Positions 1-11,141 of a DNA stretch of 64,000 bases are shown piece by piece; within the stretch, counting starts at the first letter, position 1; each line of letters begins with the position of its first letter. Made by a program: the position numbers and the translations under genes. Source of the stretch: Bispira polyomma (Eukaryota). A model generated the notes under the pieces. That model saw only the letters and a program-made list of their open reading frames with translations. It was not told the origin of the DNA and made no database searches. Where the stretch lies: assembly GCA_965649765.1 (NCBI GenBank), contig OZ287761.1:25296001-25360000 (forward strand). Reading direction: 5' to 3'.

Positions 1-54
1 TTATTTTTATATAGTTGGCTGCCACTCAGGAAAGTGTGTACGACAATCGGTCCT

Positions 55-600
55 CAAAACCACAAACATCCCAGGTGTCGGGCAAGTGTGTGTATGACAG
101 TCGGGCACCAAAATGAAACATCCGAGGTGTTGGGCAAGTGTGTGCGAGACGGTCAGGCATCCAAAGCCCAAACATCACAGGTGTCATCGGGCAAGTGTGT
201 GACACAGACGGGCATCAAAACCACAAAAACATCCCAGCTGTCGGGCAAGTGCGACACAGTCGCGCATCAAATGCACAAAAATCACAGGTGTCGTCAGGCA
301 AGTGTGAGAAAGTCGCGCATCAAAAGCACAAAAATCACAGGTGTCGTCAGGCAAGTGTGAGAAAGTCGCGCATCCAGACTACAATCATCCCAGGTGTCGG
401 GCAAGTGTGACAAAGTCGCGCATCAAAACCACAAACATCACAAGTGTCGTTGGGCAAGTGTGTGCGAGAAAGTCGCGCATGAAAACCACAAAAATCACAG
501 GTGTCGTCAGGCAAGTGTGAGAAAGTCGTGCATCAAAACCACAAAAATCACAGGTGTCAGACAAGTGTGTGTGAGATAGACGAGCATCAAAACCAGTGTG
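55..600. repeat. CpG-rich minisatellite, ~53-55 bp unit, ~10 diverged copies
   Basis: Unit caggtgtcgtcaggcaagtgtgagaaagtcgcgcatcaaaa(g/c)cacaaaaatca recurs (e.g. starts at 285 and 338); explains the repetitive ORFs 34-672. Confidence 0.9.
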
Positions 601-1338
601 CCGACAGTCGGCCGCTGAGGACGGTGTGTGTATGGTCATCATGGAAACAACAAAAGCTGACGGTCGTAGCAAGCTGAGAGTTCACACAGAAATACAAAGA
701 GGACAGGCTTTTGTGAAGTGAGAGTAACACTACAGGTCATCTGTGGGGCAGGTGGTTTTATACAATGGCTAAATCGGGAACCATCAGAATGTGACTAACT
801 GATTTGAAGACAGTGCAACCAAGTGGAAACAGGTAGGGGCAATAATTAATCGTATTATGGATAGCAGGCCTCATAACGTCCCTGTATTTTTCCTATATTT
901 TCCAATGTTTTTTAAGCCTTCCTATGTTTTTTCCTGTATTTTTAGTTAAAGATCTCCCTATATCTCTGTATGTTTTCCTGAAATGATGTCATAGTTTTGC
1001 TCAAAAGCAAGTTTTTTGTGGCAGTATGTTGGTTTAATCTGTTAAAAGCCAGCTTGTTCTCAAATTGGGGTTAGAAATGTTGAATATGTCGCTTCACGAC
1101 CGCACATGGTCTCATAACATCGGCTGAATGAGGACACTTTTTGAACAGCGGCACCATTATGTTTATGTAAAGAACTGTGGGATTATAGTAAGAAGTGACA
1201 TGTCAGTATACACGTATAGAATAGTGGGATTATATTGAGAAGTGCCCAAAAGACTGCATGTTTGGATAAACTAAAAGTTCAGGTAATACAGGTTCTACTC
1301 TACAGTTAATCCCCTTTAAGTTGAAACTATACGGACTA

Positions 1339-2476
1339 GGAGCGGTATTTACAAAAACGTCTTGGCTTTTAGTATTTTGGTCTTGGCTAAGATTTGTCTT
1401 ATGCCGTGGTCACACTGGGCTTACGTTTCAATTACGCACAAAAAATGGCTAAAATAACACATGTAAGGTGAAACGCAAGTATTTGTGTAGAGGACGTAGT
1501 ATGCCTGAGTAAACGTAAGCATGTGTGTGTAAGATGGTCCCCTAATCTTATAATTTCGTGCTGCACGAAATGCAAGTCCATTTAGGGGGTTTCTCTAAAA
1601 CTGTTGGCGCGTTTATGGAAACGTATGACACTTCTTTGATGCATATATGACTTAAAGGATGGCAGTAAGACGTACTATACATCCAAATAAGAACTAGATA
1701 CATGAACGATATACATCCAAATAAGAACTAGATACGTGAACGTTATAGCGAATGCAGCCTAGTTTAGAAACGGGGCTAATGTATTTTTAAACGTGGCTAA
1801 TGGATTTTAAAATGTGGCCAACGTATTTCTTAGCATGGCTAGCGGTACAAACACAATTGAAACAGCTATTACGTGTTGAATGTGTGTACAAACGTGTACA
1901 GAATGTGTACGAAACGGCCCATACATTGCTTGTTTTTTTTGTTAAGTTTCCCGAATTTCACTTTGTTTATTTTCGTTTGCTTGTATTTAAAACGAAGTGA
2001 AAGTAAACACAAACGTGCTCAGTGTGACCACAGCATTAAATTGGTATTCACAAAGTTGGTCTTAGCCAAGATATTTGCCTAGTTTTAACTTCGTCTTGAG
2101 CGTTATACTCATGAGAATATCAATAACCACTGTGGTTATTACACTCTACTCGCGTGATACAAGATGTAAACAATAAGTTGACTGTTACTTGTATTATTAA
2201 ATCAATAATAAATTGACAAGAAGTTGCTCATCAGACAGGATGTCGCATGGATTACTTTCGTCGCGAAATACCCAGTCTTTCCAAAAATGCTTTCATTTCT
2301 TCGGTCAGAATCTAAGAATCTGTTATGGCAACCATATTTAAGACAAGTCTTAAATATTTGAGACTGTTTTGTGATGGTCTTTAAAGGTTCTAGACCTAAG
2401 TGAAGACTAAGTTAAGACCTGTTGTGAATACCGCTTAGACTAAGTCAAGACTAAAACCTTTTGTGCATACTGCCCC
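1339..2476. mobile_element. PIF/Harbinger-like MITE (GGGGC.GTATTCACAAA-type TIR)
   Basis: Ends ggagcggtatttacaaaa / ttttgtgcatactgcccc are imperfect inverted repeats; subterminal gtctt/aagac repeats; same TIR type as 25716-25824 and 54140-54246. Confidence 0.65.
1402..2035. mobile_element. PIF/Harbinger-type MITE with TTA target-site duplication
   Basis: TIR tgccgtggtcacactgggc / gctcagtgtgaccacagca; TTA at 1399-1401 and 2036-2038; interior rich in AAACGT motifs. Confidence 0.85.
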
Positions 2477-2704
2477 AAGTGAAAAAGCTCTGCTTAAGTA
2501 GGATCTCCACTTAACAGGCTCGATTTTAAAGGGGAACACCTATGTGGGACTACTGATGTATTTCTCCACATAAAAGGGTAAATTGACTAAACAATTCTAC
2601 TTTAAGGGGGTTTTGACTGCGCTACCATCTATATGACCATATATACAATAGTCTGGACATGTTGTCTGCAATAAAACGCCCCCCCTCCCCTTCCCCATCT
2701 CTGA

Positions 2705-3697
2705 TTCTATCCACGGGAAAACAAGATGGCCGCCATAGGGGTTTCTGAAAATAATAAGACTTTGACTGTCTGTTTCTCAGCTGTAGAAGGTTGAATCTCT
2801 TTACGGGTGATATGTTTAACGGATGTCCTGTATAAGCATGCATACATTTCACCTTAAATCTCCTCATTCAAGGTCATCAACAGAATGTCAAACTACCCCA
2901 AAAGACATATTTTGGGCCTCTTCTTCAAGGTCAAACATGGATGGTCAAACTTAAAAGTGCCTATATCTCACTTATTTTTGGTCAAACAGGTTTTGGATGT
3001 GAAACCAGTCCATAGGAAATCATGGCCTGGAAATCTTTTGATGTAGTCTGATTTGAGCTTAGGCCCCTTGTTCAAGGCGAAATATGGATAGCCAAACTTT
3101 AAAGTGCCTATATATTGCTCATTATTAGTCCTAGAGGTTTGGAACATGAAACCAACCTGTAGGAAATCCAGGCCTAGGAATCTTTTGATGTTGTCTGATT
3201 TGACTTTGGGCCTCTCCTTCAAGGTCAGTCATGGTCAAACTTAAAAGTTCCTATATCTCGCTCTATATTGATCGTAGAGGTTTGGGATAGGAAATTGTGG
3301 GCTGGTAATCATTTGCTGTGGTCAGATTTGACCTTGGCCCCATCATTCAAAGTCAAATGGGTAGGCCAAACTTTAAAGTGCCTTATCTCACGCCTATTAT
3401 TGGTCCCACAGGTTTGCAATGTGAAACCCACTTGTGCCATTTAAAGCTTTAGCATAAATGCCCTATAGGAAATCACAGGCTTCTAGCTTGGGTGTTCGCT
3501 AGGGTGCTTGCTACCTAGGGTGCTTTGCCTTTTGGTAGATACAAATATGCATTGGTTCTCCAATGCTCTAGGTCTAGTTTTATTGTTGGTCAACACTAAA
3601 GCAAATGATAGGCGTCTAGCTAAGGGTGCTTGCTACCTAGGGTGCTTGCTACCTAGGGTGCTTAGTCTTTCCGGTTCTCAGATGTGCTAGGTCTAGT
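2705..3697 (+). mobile_element. Helentron-like non-autonomous element (HINE), copy 1, with duplicated 3' end
   Basis: aaacaagatggccgccat near the 5' end, 147-bp internal repeats (aaagtgcc at 2954 and 3101), 3' hairpin gcattgg-ttct-ccaatgc (3549-3566) then CTAGtt (3574-3577); second 3' end at 3693-3696; homologous to 29118-30075 and 46401-47608. Confidence 0.8.
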
Positions 3698-6491
3698 TAT
3701 TTGAGACCCCCTCTCCCTATCCGAATGCCAAATACTTCCGCAAGTACTACACTTGAATATTATGGGAAATTTAATAAATGCTTGCCTTCAGACAGTGTTG
3801 AGTATACGTGTAGTTTATACAGTGACTTGTATTGTGTCTAGTTTTATGCTAATGCAGAACGACATTTCTCATCTCCCAGAACCCCAGTCATGTTCTGTCG
3901 ACAAGCAGTCGATGCCCTAGAAAGATTATTGTTGTGCTATGCTGTCCCAATGCCTAAGTTTGGTTTCTGCCCATTTAGATGAAAAGTATTGCCAGTTTAT
4001 CATATGTATAGCTTGCATAGGCTTAATTTTGGAAGGGTTCCGAAAAACAGAATAGCCACTGTTAATGATGGTGACCTGACGTATCTGCTCATTTAAACGA
4101 AAACTTTTCTCTCTCCCACCCCGTCCTATATAGTTTTAGTGTTTCTTGATCCGTCAGTCCCCATCACGCCCAAAGACAAGAATAAATCAGTGAGGGTATA
4201 CAAGTCCATTCTATGTGAAAATACATTTGTCGAATGTATATAATGTAAACACTAGCCTACTGTCTATGTACTCTCTTTAATGGTTTACAAAAGTACAATG
4301 TTAAAGTTACAAATGTTAAGCTTTATGTTAAGGTCATTGTAAAATGTTATTGTTAAAAAGAAAGTTGAGTTTCAGTGTACCATAAACTCGTTTTAGGAAA
4401 CTTGAATTTAAGATAAGGTGATCATGCCACCTATAGAATAGATTTGTTGACCTTTTATAAAGCTATGATAATTCGTATTATGATCATTTTTGTACTACAT
4501 CTATGTCCTGTTGCGAACAGCCGTTTCTGATGGCGGGTACTAAGTTTTGTCTTAAATTGACACGGGGAGGAATGAATGAGGCAATTTACTGTCATCAGCA
4601 ATCATTCCCAAGTAGTTCCCTCCGGTGAAAACAATACTTATCGGGGCCCTGTAAATCGGAACCTTCGTTAAAATGTCAACTAACGAACGTGTAACGACTA
4701 AATTACCAGACAGAAACTAAACAACTCTGTGGGTAAATGGAAACCATTGGTTAGGTTTTTGTTAGTCGATCCCAAATGAAGGTCTAACTGATGTGGTTGT
4801 ATGGCATCATATAGTGTGGTTATAGTATAAATGTAGAAATTGTGCCTCTTAACAAACACCAATATTTTAGATGTCTTACAGAGTATTGATCCATCTAGTG
4901 CAACAATAAGTTTTGGGTATGGGATATCTGGAACTTTCAAGTATACATAAAACACAATTTACTCGTGTACATTTCCCAATAAATCTTGTGACAGATATCA
5001 TCACAAATATGTGCGAGTGCATTGGCAAAAAAAGAGGACCTAATATTATTTCTATTGATTTTTATGGGCTATATTGGATACAGAAGTCAAAATACATTGC
5101 ATAACTACCATTTTCTTGCTTTTGAGCCGTTTTTACCATTGTTTTCATTGAATTATTGGTGAATCTATGGTCTAACGAACCCCTAACAACAGGGTCTCAG
5201 TGGTCGTTCAAATTTTGGAGGTGTTATAAACATAATTAACTAAAACAACTAAAGAAGGTTTCTATTTACCCAACACTTTCCCAACTAAGCTTTAACCAAA
5301 ACCTAACGAAATTGTTCAACTTGAAACAAGGGCTTCTATTTACAGCCCCCTGGTCTCCCCATGTGACAGGTCCTTGTGTTAGTTCCCTTCAGAGTCACTC
5401 ACTATAAGAAATTGTTAGAACAGCTGAATTCCCTGTTAAAAAAAAATTGTGAGGTTGTCATTAAATGCTTGAAAGTAGTCTTTTATGTGTGTGTGTTTTA
5501 AGGAGTTCAGCTATAATCTCTATCCAAACTCTTCCGGAATAATTTCCATCCATTCACGGAGATCGTGTTTTCTTTGTGTCGAAATGGTTATTCATCTGTT
5601 ACTCTGTGATTCACAATGGCCTATGTTGAATGCTGGTCATCCAATTAATATGTGGCATATGTATTGCTTTTTAACTTTGAAAAGCAATTAGAGACAAGTT
5701 GAGGAAAACTTTAAATGACTTTAAATAAACAATGTGCTGTGAAATTTAGTAACTTAAATGGGTATTACTGAGTATCTACTATCATATTGATCTCTTCAGT
5801 TTAATTAATGTTTACGCCTTTATAAAAATAATAATTATCTTTGATACATTATAATAATAATCTTGGATACATTAATATTAGTTTTTATTATCATCTTTTA
5901 TGTATTTACTGGGTAACTAGTATCATATATTTATCTCTTTGGTTAAATTTATAATAGTTTAAAGAAGTAGTGGAAAATGATTTATGAAACATAACTGGTG
6001 AAAATCTGTGCCAAAACAATAGGTGAAAGTGTTTTAAATCTAAGCTTAAATGCAACAGCAGGTGTCACTCTAGTTTATGTCGTAAAATCAATAATGAACT
6101 TACCAATGTTACCAACCATTTATACATGTACATATTTTCTGTAATAATCTAAGTAATTAATTGGTATCCTTTTTTATCAGAGTTGATAATACCGCATGAC
6201 ATGTGATGTATCAGAAAATGTCATGCATATGAGCAACTCTAGTTCAAAAGTCACTTTCTGGGGGTAAATATTTTGAACTCTTGTAACATTATTATTGGTG
6301 TAATAAATTGGATGGTAATTATGACATACGCTAAGGATAGACAATAAAGTATCTCTGTAAATGTAATGTGCTTAAATAAAATAACCTAAATATAGATGGA
6401 TTCATTAAGAACTTGTAAAAATGTAAAACTTACTGGACGTAAAGTCCAATTTTTAAGGGATTACGCGTATTTACTGATCAAATCAGTAAAC

Positions 6492-6704
6492 NNNNNNNNN
6501 NNNNNNNNNNNNNNNNNNNNNNNNNNNNNNNNNNNNNNNNNNNNNNNNNNNNNNNNNNNNNNNNNNNNNNNNNNNNNNNNNNNNNNNNNNNNNNNNNNNN
6601 NNNNNNNNNNNNNNNNNNNNNNNNNNNNNNNNNNNNNNNNNNNNNNNNNNNNNNNNNNNNNNNNNNNNNNNNNNNNNNNNNNNNNNNNNNNNNNNNNNNN
6701 NNNN
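6492..6704. other. Assembly gap (213 N)
   Basis: Run of n characters. Confidence 1.
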
Positions 6705-6759
6705 CCCATTTTGTGAAATGGGCAACATATTCTCTCCTCATTTCACAAAATTGCAAGTA

Positions 6760-6930
6760 CAGTAGAAGCCCTTTTAGTCGAACCTCAAGGGGCCAGGAAT
6801 AATACCTCTACTTAAGCAGGATTTCTACTTAACAGGGTAGATTTCAAATGAAAAGGCCTACAGGGTCTAAAAAGTTTTCCCCATAACAGGGAAAATGACT
6901 TACCAGAGTTTTACTTAAAGGGGCTTGACT
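6760..6930. mobile_element. ~175-bp TA-flanked MITE
   Basis: ta-cagtagaagcccttttagt ... acttaaaggggcttgacta-ta; homologous to copies at 1303-2619, ~40975-41144 and ~43007-43180. Confidence 0.7.
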
Positions 6931-8603
6931 ATAAATGTACGAAATTTTAACTTTCCTACAGACAGTGATTCAAATATGTGCCTGTTTTTTTTAGACTTTA
7001 TTTTATTTTTTTTAACATTTCTATAACCTATACATACGAAATAAAACTACTTCCACAACGTAAAATAAACATTCCCTTGCATAAAAAACATTTCCTTGCA
7101 GAAAAAAAATATTTTATTGCTGCTTAAATAATATTTTGAAATATTTTTTCGTCATAAGAATTGGGCAGCTTCACAAATTAGGTGTAACACATATATTTAT
7201 GCACATAATAGTACTCAACTATAGTACTGTACTCTTTGTTTTTGTAGGTCTGTTAAAATGTTCTGGCTGATCACATCAAGAAATGAAGAAAGTGTCTGCT
7301 GAAGCAAGGTGTGACAAGTGGCTGACAGAAAGAGGGGGGCGCGGATGGGATGCACAGGTGTACGACGTATATTATCAAGCACAAAAAGACAAAGAAAGCC
7401 ATTTGGGGTCCTTTTTGGCTACAAGCTGCATCAAAGCGAAAAAGAAATTACAATTGGGATGGGAAACAACGTCTGGTAGGAGAGATATGATATACAGTGT
7501 GTGTGTACAGAAACAGTCGCCATATATATCTAATGGCCTGGAGGTATTATCCAGGGTATAAGTGATATATCGAGGCCCTGGAGATCCAGTGGGTATGATG
7601 AACACATAACTCCCCACACAGACAACTGGCTGCACCTGCTGTTGACAGAACTGTTTTTACAGTGCGTGTTCAAACCCTGGGGAGTGTTTTGGGGGAACAA
7701 TGAAGGGCCATTGAGGGTTATTTTGCAGCAGTGTGGTGTGTGTGTGTGCGCTGTGTGTGTGTGCGCTGGAGAAAGTGCGCAACAATTCAACTGGCTTGCA
7801 CCATTGAAATTTTGCTTGGCAATAGTAACAAAAATCAATAAGTTTTGCAATGCATGTTAAAGACCATCAGTCAGTGACAAACTGATATTCCCCTTTAGCA
7901 AAAAGACCCCAGTGTGATTAAAAATTAAATAACTATCTGGAACACTTTCACCAATTTTCAGTTACACTAAACCCTGGCTTTTCTACTGTTACTCCTAATT
8001 TCAGAACAACGCACTATACTAGCACAGTTAGTGCTGCTTCAGATAGTAGATTGTGTATCACCTGAATTGTAGAGCGTTCTTTCTTTTTCACAGATTCAAG
8101 CAGTATATCCTGCAGGAGGGGATGTTTGAGTGGATGCTATATCTAACATGTACTATTTATAATACTATATCTAACATGTACTATTTATAATACTATATCT
8201 AACATGTACTATAATACTATGTAGTAGATAACCTCCATATTATCCAAACTTTTTCAGGTGCTGGAGTATTCTCAGAATACACTCCTGCCTAAAAAACTCG
8301 CACTCGAACTCAAATATAGAGGCTGTAATATGCGTGTGTTTGTGTGGAAAGCCTTAGTAGTAACATGGAAATACAACTACACACTTGTGACACCATTCTT
8401 TTTACTACAGCTTTTAACGCTGAATTACAATATGCAATCTTGTTTTTCAGAGATATATACGTGTCTTACTTGTACCCGCCCCAAACTGGTGTTGATAAGA
8501 GTTTTTCCTACTGTATAGTAAAACTCTTCTGCCATCTTTTGTTTCAACTGACGCCACTTTGTGTTTTGTTTTTCTCAGTATTGTAGATCTTTGACGAACA
8601 AAT

Positions 8604-8732
8604 ATGGCAGGTTTCATCACTTTTCTCACCCTTCTGCATTGGTACGATGCCAGCTTTGACCAGGCGACTCTTGGCGGCAGCAGATACCCGAGACGTTCCC
8701 CCTACAAGTCGCGATCCGCTCTCCTGGTGGAA
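8604..8732 (+). CDS. Orphan Pro/Ser-rich protein, coding exon 1 (MAGFITF...ALLVE, 43 aa)
   Basis: ATG in good Kozak context (aatATGg) with an in-frame upstream TGA; GC/CpG-rich relative to flanks; ends phase 0 at gaa|gtaagt; acceptor ttgtag at ~8586. Confidence 0.6.
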
Positions 8733-8883
8733 GTAAGTACAGAGTATATGGTCGAGTCCCACCCCCACAGTCTCACACCCTCTATATATATAGAAGCCAT
8801 CACATTGATCCCCGATACAAAAACAGAAGGGACAGTATAAAACCTTTTGTTGTAGTATATTTTCTAAGTCTCTATTGACTTAA

Positions 8884-9190
8884 TACAATACCACAAGGGG
8901 CCTGATGTGGCCTGATCGTTCGTAGTAGTGTCTGCTTCAAACAGTACAATACCACAAGGGGGCCTGATGGGGCCTGAGGATTAGTAGTAGTGTCTGCTTC
9001 ACACTGTACAATACCACAAGGGGGCCTGATGGGGCCTGAGGATTAGTAGTAGTGTCTGCTTCACACGATCACTGGCCTCTTGTCAAAATATGTGGATTTT
9101 CGACATCCTATTCGTTCCTCCATGTGGAGAAAGTTTGTATTGTTAAAATGCCTGTCTTGACATGACCCTAAGCTGTAAATATAAGTAAAT
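8884..9190 (+). mobile_element. Decayed SINE with triplicated 5' head (~62-bp unit x3)
   Basis: tacaataccacaagggggcctgatg...tagtagtgtctgcttca repeated three times, then the SINE body (cactggcctct...gaaagtttg...atgaccctaagctgt). Confidence 0.6.
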
Positions 9191-10162
9191 AACTAAAAAT
9201 GAAATTTTCTTTATATTATTACAGTGTTTATTATCATCCTTGTTTGTAGCTTTTGGTTATGAGTTATATGGGTAAACCCACGATTGTCTATATAAACCTC
9301 CCCCACTAAAAATGTGTAGTGACAAAATATTAATATGACCGACAAAATCGCCCAAATCAATGATCAAATCACTACCACTACTGGCTTGGCTTTTTCTAAA
9401 ACTTTTTCTAAAAGCTTAGGCAATCAGATTGTTTGAAACAAATGTTTCTAGCCAATCCAATAGATGGAAAATAAAAAACAATAAGCATCCTTGAGAATAC
9501 CAGCCCAGGGAATGTATTTTGATATCAAGGCCTCCACTAAGCACATGTTTGCCTTTTTACTACTGCGATCTGACCCAGACATTAATCATTCATTTTAATT
9601 AAAGTAGCAAATGAAGGTGTATAAGAAAAGACTGTTTAACATTTTTATAGTGCATTTGTATTAATGTTATTCTGTATTTTTACATTGTCGTGGAGAAATA
9701 CTCTTGCAACTAGCAGCAAAGTATTTCACAGCAACATCATCATTACATATAGAAATGACACGGCTTGGTATGGCATCGTCCTGAGTTATATTTTCATGAT
9801 GGTCTCAAACGGTGCTGTGTATTAATGTTGCTCATCGCCTCTTAAATGTGTATTGTGTGGTCTATGTAAAGTAGTATGAAGTGTCATGTCTCTGCTCAGT
9901 TTGCGATATATAGCGGTCGACACACAATTCAGTACATTGCACGCACAAGACATTTTAAGTGTTCCGACGAAACTTAAGATATTTACCGAATATATTTCAC
10001 CGGCAATACTTTTAAGACTTCTTTCTACAGTTCACCCCCTTGATTCCTGGGGCCAGTTTATTTCAGTAAGTATAATTGGTTGCACTGCTCATGTTCTACA
10101 TCCACACATAAAGGACTATAATCTGCTAACACATGGCTGTTTGTTCTTCTTGTTCTGTACAG

Positions 10163-10204
10163 ATCCTTAAAAAGTCTTTCCAGGTGTACGGACTTGATCC
10201 AACG
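10163..10204 (+). CDS. Orphan Pro/Ser-rich protein, coding exon 2 (ILKKSFQVYGLDPT)
   Basis: Polypyrimidine tract ttgttcttcttgttctgtacag| and donor acg|gtaagt; 42 nt, phase 0-0, open in frame with both neighbours. Confidence 0.6.
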
Positions 10205-10340
10205 GTAAGTTTATTAGTTTTAGGAGCGCTCTGAAAAATCAGGTGGTCTTTGAGGGTGGGGTGGGGTCTTTGAGGGAGGGGTGGGGTCTTTCAGTTGTGT
10301 AGTGGTAGTTACACACTCACCTCCCACCTTGTTCGGGACT

Positions 10341-10540
10341 GGCCGTGGTGGTGGCCTGGTAGTTAGAAGCATCTGCTTTTAACAAATCACTGGTCTTTTA
10401 CCTCTGCGGATGGAATCCCACAGATTCCTCCATTTGAGAGTTTATCCGGTTTCCCCCACTGGTTTCCTCCACCACTCATCCTGGCCATCACAATATGACC
10501 AATGTTGTTGAAAACCAAGTAAAACCTAATAAATTCAAAT
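10341..10540 (+). mobile_element. Decayed tRNA-derived SINE (intronic)
   Basis: ggccgtggtggtggcctggtagttag...aatcactggtc...ggtttcctccacc...aatatgacc...aaattcaaattc, similar to 33351-33602. Confidence 0.65.
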
Positions 10541-11141
10541 TCCCACCTTGTTTTGTTACATCAAGTGGGAAAGTTTGTCGGGAGTTTGCCACAGGTCAGT
10601 GGTTTACAGTGGCTTCTGCACTGGTTTCTGCTGCTTGAAAACCCAACCAAGTTAGGTTGACATTGTGTATGTTCAGAAAAAGATTGCCATTTGGGCTTGA
10701 TAGCAGGCCGATGAGTTGTGCACCGAGGACAAAAACCTTGACCAACCCCGTTTTCATTTCCTCCATTAGTAAAACAGTCCTGGCGCTTTCAACACAAAAC
10801 ATGTTGAAAATAGACAGTTTTTTCCCTTTTAGCAATAAGTAATAAACCAGAATAAATAATTTTAGTTACAATTTTAATTTGAGCAACTGACTTTTTTTAT
10901 TTTATAGATTTAAAAAAAATTACAATATGTACAGCATAACCCTCTATTTTTTTCCCAGAAGTTTGGATGATAAGAGATCATACTGCACGTATCCTGATTG
11001 TATAAATACTATATACTACCTTGTGTATTTTATTATATACTATTTTTTTTTGTTTTCATTTATTGCGCCACCCAAAAAAAGGTTTGTGTGTGGTGGTATT
11101 GCGATGGCCTCTACTTAATGAATCTTTTGTTTCTTTTTCAG

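Larger units (their letters stand above)
1303..2619. mobile_element. ~175-bp Tc1/mariner-pogo-like MITE (cagt..ccc-type TIR), split by nested insertions
   Basis: Left part cagttaatcccctttaagttgaa (1303-1338) and right part ending tttaagggggttttgactg (2477-2619) together align to intact copies at ~6760-6930, ~40975-41144 and ~43007-43180. Confidence 0.7.

Noticed and set aside
34-672. Basic His/Cys-rich ORFs
   Set aside because: Translations of the 53-bp minisatellite
6396-6756. ORFs containing X runs
   Set aside because: They span the assembly gap
8587-8732. Alternative frame ending ...RDPLSWWK, resembling the hAT dimerisation domain
   Set aside because: No following YPxL/SERxFS motif; splicing in that frame hits a stop at 11352, whereas the ATG-8604 frame stays open to 12311
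10998-11141. N-terminal part of the 437-aa ORF (MYKYYILPCVF...)
   Set aside because: Non-ATG start, AT-rich intron-like sequence ending in a polypyrimidine acceptor
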